DNA of 64,000 nucleotides from Lentisphaeria bacterium (GTDB lineage Bacteria; Verrucomicrobiota; Lentisphaeria; Victivallales; UBA1829): NCBI GenBank assembly GCA_017541665.1, contig JAFXYP010000086.1, positions 29,784 to 93,783 of the forward strand, read 5' to 3'. Shown piece by piece: positions 57,184 to 64,000 of this stretch (position 1 is its first letter; each line of letters starts with the position of its first letter). The notes under the pieces were generated by a model. It saw only the letters and a program-made list of their open reading frames with translations, ran no database searches and was not told where the DNA came from. The position numbers and the translations under genes were made by a program.

Positions 57184-57332
57184 ATTAGATATAGAAAAAG
57201 CCTCAACCACTTCGCGCCGCCGCGCCGGAAAACGCAAGGAACAGAAAGATCCCGGACAACACCCCCGACCGGAAACGGGAAACGAACTGAAAATGGGCCA
57301 TACAGACCGCGGCGGAGAACGGACAGGACAGA

Positions 57333-59195
57333 ATGACACCAGACAATGACATCGACATCGTACAAGACGACCTCATGAAACAGGCGGAAGCAAACACCGC
57401 CCGCTCGAAATATAACGACGACAGCATCCAGACACTTGACGCCCTCACCCACATCCGGCAGCGGCCCGGCATGTACATCGGGCGCATGGGCGACGGTTCG
57501 CACCCGGACGACGGCATCTACGTGATGTTCAAGGAAGTGGTGGACAACGCCGTCGACGAATACATCATGGGATTCGGGCGGCGCATCGACATCGCGTCCG
57601 ACCAGGGCTCCTTCACCGTGCGCGACTACGGGCGCGGCATTCCGCTGGGCAAGCTCGTGGAATGCGTCTCGAAGATCAACACCGGCGGCAAGTTCAACAA
57701 GGACGGCTATGTGTTCTCCGTCGGCATGAACGGCGTCGGCACGAAGGCCGTGAACGCGCTTTCCTCGCAGTTCGAAGTCACGTCGTGGCGCGATGGCAAA
57801 TGCCGTACGGCACTGTTCCGCGACGGCGTCCTCGACCACGAGGAATACCTGGACCCTGGCACGGAGCATTCCGGCACGCGCATCCGGTTCACGCCGGACA
57901 CGAAACTCTTCCCGAACTACGAAATCCGCCCGTCCGAGGTGGAGAACCGCCTCTGGATGTACGCCTACCTGAACAGCGGGCTCTCGCTCTACCTGAACGG
58001 GCAGCGGTACTATTCGAAGAACGGCCTGCTGGACCTGGTACGGTCCAAGCTCGACGAAGGCGCATCGCTCTACCAGCCCATCCACTACAAAGACTCCACG
58101 CTCGAATTCGCCTTCTGCCACACCACCGACACCGGCGAACGCTATTTCTCGTTCGTGAACGGCCAGTACACAAGCGACGGCGGCACGCATCTTTCCGCAT
58201 TCAAGGGCGGCATCACCCGCGCCATCAACGAGCATTTCAACAAGAACTTCGACCCGAAGGACATCCGCGACGGCATCCTCGGCACCATCGCTGTGAAGAT
58301 ACAGGAGCCGCTCTTCGAATCCCAGACCAAGAACAAGCTCGGAAACACCGACGTCCGCGGCTGGATCGAGGGAACGGTGAAGCAGGCCGTGATCGACAGT
58401 CTGCTGAAGCATCCCGACGAGGCGAACCTGCTCCTCGAAAAGATCCAGAAGAACGAACAGGTCCGCCGCGAGATCCAGAAGGTCCAGAAGAAGGGCGCCG
58501 CCATCTCCAAACGCATTTCCCTTCGGAACAACAAGCTCAAGGACTGCCGGCACCATTTCGGCGACCGTTCGAAGTTCGCCGACGAGACCATGATCTTCCT
58601 CACCGAGGGCGATTCCGCAGGATCGTCGATCGTCCAGAGCCGCGACCCGAACTACCAGGCGGTCTTCGCGCTCCGCGGCAAGCCGTTCAACTGCTTCGGG
58701 AAAAAGCTCGACGCGATCTACTCGAACGAAGAGCTTTTCTATATCATGCGGACGCTCGGGATCGAGGAGGACGTGGAGAACCTGAACTACGCCAAGGTCG
58801 TGATCGCGACCGATGCCGATGTCGACGGCCTCCATATCCGCAACCTCCTGCTCACGTTCTTCCTCCAGTATTTCGAGTCGCTCGTGATCTCCGGCCACCT
58901 CTATATCTTCGAGACGCCGCTTTTCCGCGTCCGCAACAAGGAGACGACGCATTACTGCTACTCCGAACAGGAGCGCGACGAGCGCGCCAAAGAGCTCGGC
59001 AAGTCCGCCGAGATCACACGGTTCAAAGGGCTCGGCGAAATCTCTCCGAAGGAATTCAAGCAGTTCCTCGGGCCTGACATCCACCTCGAAAAAGTCACCC
59101 TCGAAAACACCAAGGGCATCCACGAAATGCTGCGGTTCTACATGGGCAGCAACGACGAGACCCGCTGGGAACACATCCAAAACAATCTGGTCTGA
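57333..59195 (+). CDS. parE: type IIA topoisomerase subunit B, short topo-IV-like form
   Basis: GHKL ATPase (EVVDNAVDE, DYGRGIP, GMNGVGTKAVNA), Toprim (LTEGDSAG, ATDADVDGLHI). At 620 aa it lacks the long GyrB insertion. Gyrase versus topo IV cannot be settled by eye. Confidence 0.8.
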   Translation: MTPDNDIDIVQDDLMKQAEANTARSKYNDDSIQTLDALTHIRQRPGMYIGRMGDGSHPDDGIYVMFKEVVDNAVDEYIMGFGRRIDIASDQGSFTVRDYGRGIPLGKLVECVSKINTGGKFNKDGYVFSVGMNGVGTKAVNALSSQFEVTSWRDGKCRTALFRDGVLDHEEYLDPGTEHSGTRIRFTPDTKLFPNYEIRPSEVENRLWMYAYLNSGLSLYLNGQRYYSKNGLLDLVRSKLDEGASLYQPIHYKDSTLEFAFCHTTDTGERYFSFVNGQYTSDGGTHLSAFKGGITRAINEHFNKNFDPKDIRDGILGTIAVKIQEPLFESQTKNKLGNTDVRGWIEGTVKQAVIDSLLKHPDEANLLLEKIQKNEQVRREIQKVQKKGAAISKRISLRNNKLKDCRHHFGDRSKFADETMIFLTEGDSAGSSIVQSRDPNYQAVFALRGKPFNCFGKKLDAIYSNEELFYIMRTLGIEEDVENLNYAKVVIATDADVDGLHIRNLLLTFFLQYFESLVISGHLYIFETPLFRVRNKETTHYCYSEQERDERAKELGKSAEITRFKGLGEISPKEFKQFLGPDIHLEKVTLENTKGIHEMLRFYMGSNDETRWEHIQNNLV

Positions 59196-59201
59196 TCCAA
59201 T

Positions 59202-61964
59202 ATGCCGAAAAAGAACATCATGCCCCCCCCCGGACCCGACCGCGACGCTTCCTCCAACCCGCCGTCCGATACGCCCGAAACCGAATACTACGATCCCGAC
59301 ATGCACTATCCTCCCGAGCCGGAGGACGAGGGAGAGGACGATTCCGCGTCCGACGCGGTCAACGACTCCACAAACCAGCGCCTCCGGGAGATGATGGACC
59401 GCAACTTCATCGAGTACGCATCCTACGTCATCAAGGACCGTGCGATCCCGGACGTCGACGACGGATTGAAGCCGGTCCAGCGGCGCATTCTGTGGACGCT
59501 TCACAGGGAAATGGACAACGGCTCGTTCCACAAGGTCGCGAACGTAGTCGGCGCCACCATGAAGTACCATCCGCACGGCGATGCCTCCATCGGCGATGCG
59601 CTCGTGAACCTCGCGAACAAGGAATGCTTCATCGACAAGCAGGGGTCGTTCGGCGACATCATCCTCGGCACCCCCGCCGCCGCCCCGCGATACATCGAAT
59701 GCCGGCTCTCCAAGCTCGGCCGCGACGTCCTCTTCAACGATGACATTACCAAGCTGGTCGATTCCTACGACAGCCGCAATACGGAGCCGGTCTGCCTGCC
59801 TTCGAAGATCCCGACCCTCCTGCTCATGGGCACCAACGGCCTCGCCGTCGGCACCCGCACCATGATCTTTCCGCACAACTTCAACGAGCTGCTGCAGGCG
59901 CAGATCTCCATCCTGAAGGGCGAACCGTTCCAAATCTACCCCGACTTCCCGCAGGGCGGCATCATGGATGTCTCCGACTACCAGGACGGCCTCGGCAAGA
60001 TCGTGCTGCGCGCCCGGATCGAGGCGGAAAAACACGATATCGTGATCAAGGAGATCCATGCGGCCACCGACACTTCGAAACTGATGGACTCCATCGAAAG
60101 CGCCGTCAACAAATCCCGCATCAAGATATCCTCGTTCCACGACTACACCGCCAACGACCAAGTCAACATCGAACTCTCCCTCCAGCGCGGCTACAGCCCG
60201 GAGAAGGCCATCAACGCCCTCTATACCTACACCGACTGCCAGATGAGCGTGTCCTGCACCTACATGGTCATCTGCGACAACCGCCCCGTCCGCATGAGCG
60301 CCAGCGACATCCTCCGCCGCAACACCGAAAAGCTCGTGCAGTACCTGACCTGGGAACTCCAGATCGTCGCCGCCAAGTGCATCGACAAGATCCTCGCCCG
60401 CACCCTTGCGCAGATCTTCATCGAGGAGAAAATCTACAAGAAGATCGAGACCTGCAAGACGAAGGAAGCCATGTTCGAGGCGGTCCGCACCGGACTCGAA
60501 CAGTTCAAGGACGAATGGCTCCCGCTCGTCCAGGCGCTCCACGCCGCCATAGAGGCCGGGCCGCACATCATGCCGCCTCCGTCCGCCGAGACCGCGCGCA
60601 TCGCGCAACTGGCGCAGGGCGTGATCCCGGATTCCGAGATCGAACGCCTGGTGGAGATCCCGATCCGCAGAATCGCGGCGTTCGAAATCGGGAAGAACCG
60701 CGAGGAGATCGCCTCGCTGCAGAAGGACCTCCGCGAGGCGGAAAAGAACCTGAAGCACATCAAACAGTACACCATCAAGTACATCGAAGGGCTGCTCGCG
60801 AAATACGGCGACATGTTCCCGCGCCGGACCGAAATCCGCCTCGAACCCTTCGCGAAGATCGACAAGAGTGTCGCCGCGCTCACCAACATCCGCGTCGGCT
60901 GGGACAAGAAGAACTGCTACATCGGCACCTCCGTGAAGAGCGAGGACATCGTGCTGTGCAACGAATTCGACCACCTGCTCTGCGTGGAGCGCTCCGGCGA
61001 CTACAAGGTCATTGACATCCCCGACAAGATCTTCATCGACCGCCTGTTCGAGTTCCGCCGCTACGACAAGAATACCGTATTCGGCATCGTCTACTCCGAG
61101 AAGAAAACCGGGCGCGCGTTCTTCAAGCGCACCCGCATCGGGCAGTTCATCAAGGACCGCGAATACCGCATCGCCCCCGAAGGCTGCCGCCTGGAGCTCA
61201 TCACGCCGCGTCCGAACGCCATCTACGAGATCAAGGTGGACACCCCGATCCGAGCAAAGCAAGTTCAGCAGATCTCCCTGATGGATGCGCCGGAACGCTC
61301 CCCCAAGGCGGGCGGCATCCTCATTTCCCCGCGCAAGCTCCTGAAGATCACGTTCGTGCGCCTGCTGGACGAATCCGATGCCGCGCCGGAACCCGAGCTC
61401 GTCGAGCTCTCGCCGGACAACGGCAGCGGGAATGGCGGCAATGGCGGTGGCGGAACCGTGGGCGCGCCTGTGGAAACGCCCTCCGCACCGGAAACGCCCT
61501 CCGCACCGGAAACGCCTTCCGTGCCGGAAACGAAGCCGGAGACACCGTCCGCAAAGCCGGTCCCGCAGCCTCCCCGGACGAAAACAAATTCAGAGCCGGC
61601 AACCTCCGCTTCGGCCGAGGTGAAGAAAATGCCGAAACCGAAACCGGCCGCAAAACCCGTTCCAGCCGGGAAAGCCACGCCCGCCGCAAAGCCGGCTCCT
61701 GCTGCAAAAGCCGCGCCCGCAGTGAAGCCTGTTCCTGCAGCGAAGCCGTCTTCTGCACCGGCTGCAGAACCGGCGGCGGCAAAGCCGGAGGAAAAGAAGC
61801 CTGCGCCCGCACCTAAGCCCGCACCTGCTCCTGCTCCGGCACCCGCTCCGGCTCCTGCGCCCGCTCCGGCACCCGCGCCGGAGGAAAAACCGCAGCCGAA
61901 AAAGGCCGTCGAAACGGAACGGGAAGAGGATTCCTGGGACGTTCAGCCCGACCTGGGGTTCTGA
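59202..61964 (+). CDS. parC: type IIA topoisomerase subunit A, topo-IV-like, with ~200-aa Pro/Ala-rich C-terminal tail
   Basis: RAIPDVDDGLKPVQRRILW, HPHGDASI, and catalytic-Tyr region AAAPRYIECRLSKL. The C-terminus has PETPSA repeats and (AP)n. Confidence 0.8.
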   Translation: MPKKNIMPPPGPDRDASSNPPSDTPETEYYDPDMHYPPEPEDEGEDDSASDAVNDSTNQRLREMMDRNFIEYASYVIKDRAIPDVDDGLKPVQRRILWTLHREMDNGSFHKVANVVGATMKYHPHGDASIGDALVNLANKECFIDKQGSFGDIILGTPAAAPRYIECRLSKLGRDVLFNDDITKLVDSYDSRNTEPVCLPSKIPTLLLMGTNGLAVGTRTMIFPHNFNELLQAQISILKGEPFQIYPDFPQGGIMDVSDYQDGLGKIVLRARIEAEKHDIVIKEIHAATDTSKLMDSIESAVNKSRIKISSFHDYTANDQVNIELSLQRGYSPEKAINALYTYTDCQMSVSCTYMVICDNRPVRMSASDILRRNTEKLVQYLTWELQIVAAKCIDKILARTLAQIFIEEKIYKKIETCKTKEAMFEAVRTGLEQFKDEWLPLVQALHAAIEAGPHIMPPPSAETARIAQLAQGVIPDSEIERLVEIPIRRIAAFEIGKNREEIASLQKDLREAEKNLKHIKQYTIKYIEGLLAKYGDMFPRRTEIRLEPFAKIDKSVAALTNIRVGWDKKNCYIGTSVKSEDIVLCNEFDHLLCVERSGDYKVIDIPDKIFIDRLFEFRRYDKNTVFGIVYSEKKTGRAFFKRTRIGQFIKDREYRIAPEGCRLELITPRPNAIYEIKVDTPIRAKQVQQISLMDAPERSPKAGGILISPRKLLKITFVRLLDESDAAPEPELVELSPDNGSGNGGNGGGGTVGAPVETPSAPETPSAPETPSVPETKPETPSAKPVPQPPRTKTNSEPATSASAEVKKMPKPKPAAKPVPAGKATPAAKPAPAAKAAPAVKPVPAAKPSSAPAAEPAAAKPEEKKPAPAPKPAPAPAPAPAPAPAPAPAPAPEEKPQPKKAVETEREEDSWDVQPDLGF

Positions 61965-62052
61965 GATCTTCCGCGCAATCCAATTCAAAAAAACCGCCGG
62001 GCAGCTGGTCCTTCAGCCGTCCGGCGATTCTTTTGCGTGAAGAGCGTCTTTT

Positions 62053-62943
62053 TCAGCAGATGTTCCCGAGGTAGACGTTCGGGAAGCCGCGGCTCTTCGC
62101 GTGCGCCTGGATGCTGTCGAGCTCCGAACGCGGCGTACGCGGGCTGTCGTGGTACAGATACGCCGGGTGGTACGCCGTGAAATGGATCGGTGTATCGATG
62201 CCGAGCCCGTCGCGCACCCAGTCCAGGAATCCGTCGATCTGCTCGGGCGAGTCGTTCCTGCCGGGGATGACCAGGTTGGTGATCTCGAGGTGGCCGCCGC
62301 AGACCTTCTTGAAGAACTCGCAGGAATGCCTGACGGGTTCGAGCTCGCCGGAGCACATGGTCGGGTAGAAGTCGCCGAACCCCTTCACGTCGATGTTCGC
62401 CGCGTCGAAAAGCGGAAAGACGTCCTGCATGCATTCGTCGGAGAAATAGCCGTTGGAGACCAGGATCGTGCTGATCTTCTCGCGGCGGGCGAGGATGGCG
62501 CAGTCGCGCACGTATTCCGCCCAGACGGCGGGCTCGTTGAACGTGAACGCGACGCATTCGCTGCCGTGGCGGAGGATGAGCTCAATCAGTTCTTCCGGGG
62601 AATAGTAGCGGTAGGCGGCGTGGGGGTTGAACTTCTCACGCGACAGGTGGCAGTTCTGGCAGAAGACGCATTTGAGGTTGCAGCCGTAGGTGCCGACGGA
62701 AAACGCCTGCGTATGGGGGCGGAAATGGCGGAGCGGTTTCTTTTCGATCGGGTCGATCTGAAGCGCGCAGGGGTAGCCGTAGGCCATGGAATAGATCCTG
62801 CCGCCCTGGTTGAGGCGGACGCCGCAGAAACCTGTGCGTCCGTCCGCGATGAGGCAGTGCCGGGGGCAGACCAGGCAGCGCGCGAAGCCGCCGGACTCCG
62901 GTTTCTGCCAGTCGGCAGGGAAAAGCTTGTGTTCACGGTTCAT
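62053..62943 (-). CDS. AmmeMemoRadiSam-system radical SAM enzyme
   Basis: CPRHC...GFCGVR N-terminal Cys cluster, radical-SAM motif GCNLKCVFCQN, and overall PFL-activase-like layout. Confidence 0.8.
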   Translation of the reverse strand: MNREHKLFPADWQKPESGGFARCLVCPRHCLIADGRTGFCGVRLNQGGRIYSMAYGYPCALQIDPIEKKPLRHFRPHTQAFSVGTYGCNLKCVFCQNCHLSREKFNPHAAYRYYSPEELIELILRHGSECVAFTFNEPAVWAEYVRDCAILARREKISTILVSNGYFSDECMQDVFPLFDAANIDVKGFGDFYPTMCSGELEPVRHSCEFFKKVCGGHLEITNLVIPGRNDSPEQIDGFLDWVRDGLGIDTPIHFTAYHPAYLYHDSPRTPRSELDSIQAHAKSRGFPNVYLGNIC

Positions 62944-63009
62944 GATGAGGTGTCCTTCCGTCGGATGAAAGCTGGGGTTTTTGTTTTGTCGCCGGGGGAG
63001 ACCGGGGCG

Positions 63010-64000
63010 TCAGGAACGCGCCACGTAGCGGCGTTCCATGCGGCCGCCGAACGAGCAGAGGATGTCGTAGACGTGCGTGCCTTTGAGCTTCGCCCATTCC
63101 TCGGGGGAGACAGTCTCGCCCATGTCGGAGCCGATGAGCGTGACGATCTCGCCCTGGTAGGGGAGTTCGCCGCCGAGGGGTGCGAGGGAGACCATCGTGT
63201 AGTCCATGCAGACGCGTCCGAGCACGGGGCAGCGGCGTCCGCGGATGAGGAATTCCGCGTGGTTGGAGAGCTGGAGCGGAAGGCCGTCGGCGTAGCCCGC
63301 GGAAATGAGCGCGATGTCGGTGTCCTCCTGAAGTGTGCAGGTGCATTCGTAGCCGACGTTGTGGCCTTTCGGGAGCCTGCGGACGGCGATCACGTGCGAA
63401 TAGCAGGAGACGACCGGTTCCAGGCATGCGGCGAGCTTCGGATCGGGGGAGAAGCCGTACAGGGAGATTCCGGTGCGTGCGCAGTTGTAGGGCGCCCGGA
63501 CCGATTCGTGCAGGCAGCCGATGGCATCGCTGTTCGCGAAGTGCACGTTCGGGATCATGATGTGACGCTCGGAGACCGCGTCCAGAACATAGCGGAAAAG
63601 GCGAAGCTGTTCACGCGTCGTGGGGTGGTCGATCTTGTAGCCGACGGGGAAATGCGAGAAGATGTCGGTGCAGCGGAGATTGGGGAGCGCGGCGATCTTC
63701 GCGATGGCGTCCGGGGCCTCTTCCGGGAGGAGACCAAGGCGGCCCATTCCGGTGTCGAGCTTGATCATCACGTCAAGCGTGCGGCGCTGGCGGACGGCCT
63801 CGTCGCTGAGCATCTGCGCGACTTCGAGCGAAGGGATGCTGGGGACCATGCCGAAATGCACGACGTCCGCGACCTCGGTGTTCAGGAGCGCACCGAGGAG
63901 ACGGACATTTTTCCCGTAGGAAATGATCTGCAGGGCTTCCGCCGGGGTCGCCACGCAGAACGTCGGGGCGTAGTCGCACAGGCTCCGGGCGACCTCGACC
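63010..64000 (-). CDS. alr: alanine racemase, 5'-truncated by the window end
   Basis: KLDTGMGRLG, the FSHF motif and C-terminal GRVCMDYTMV. The frame stays open upstream of the listed GTG (..VEVARSLCDYAPTFCVATPAEAL) to base 64000. Confidence 0.85.
   Translation of the reverse strand, partial: VEVARSLCDYAPTFCVATPAEALQIISYGKNVRLLGALLNTEVADVVHFGMVPSIPSLEVAQMLSDEAVRQRRTLDVMIKLDTGMGRLGLLPEEAPDAIAKIAALPNLRCTDIFSHFPVGYKIDHPTTREQLRLFRYVLDAVSERHIMIPNVHFANSDAIGCLHESVRAPYNCARTGISLYGFSPDPKLAACLEPVVSCYSHVIAVRRLPKGHNVGYECTCTLQEDTDIALISAGYADGLPLQLSNHAEFLIRGRRCPVLGRVCMDYTMVSLAPLGGELPYQGEIVTLIGSDMGETVSPEEWAKLKGTHVYDILCSFGGRMERRYVARS

Noticed and set aside
57177-61262. 1361-codon ORF on the minus strand
   Set aside because: It is exactly antisense to the well-supported type IIA topoisomerase B and A genes. 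The translation is Gly/Ala/Val/Asp/Arg-rich junk, typical of a stop-poor antisense frame in high-GC DNA.

Overview
High-GC bacterial chromosomal segment. The gene content (Bat/MoxR operon, GldA/F/G-like ABC system, short topo-IV-like type IIA pair, TopA with C-terminal repeats, GH43) suggests a PVC/FCB-type Gram-negative; this is inference only. Most of the window is a housekeeping backbone. It includes a CpaF-type secretion ATPase, GH43, ogt, an M20 peptidase, fumC, alaS, a formyltransferase, and an ABC/GldFG-like operon ending in an amidase. It continues with the rpmJ-rpsM-rpsK-rpoA-rplQ operon, a MoxR/DUF58/VWA (Bat-like) operon, topA, sanA-like, ispD and a GT39-like membrane glycosyltransferase. 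Further along are a decarboxylase plus antiporter acid-resistance pair, mraY, an AI-2E transporter, purM, rph, SRP RNA and accD. The last stretch holds comF-dprA-aroB-hisA-hisH, a DUF445 protein, a type IIA topoisomerase B/A pair, an AmmeMemoRadiSam radical-SAM enzyme and a partial alr. Many long ORFs in the supplied track are antisense or read-through artefacts typical of high-GC DNA. Two short islets that look more A/T-rich by eye interrupt the backbone and are the most interesting parts. (i) 54.7-57.1 kb: a WYL-domain (BrxR/CapW-like) regulator with its own promoter and an upstream palindrome. It is followed by two tandemly duplicated, unclassifiable ~120-aa proteins, and the duplication carries a decayed copy of the regulator 3' end. 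This is my best candidate for an undescribed regulator-controlled (defence or stress) cassette. (ii) 7.3-9.7 kb, directly 3' of tRNA-Ser(UGA): a 1.3-kb stretch with no credible long ORF. It carries three tandem micro-ORF modules with consistent RBSs (25-26-aa peptides plus short acidic MD-peptides), a tandem 65-bp repeat and GC-clamped hairpins, followed by two ORFans. I saw no CRISPR array, transposase, integrase or reverse transcriptase.
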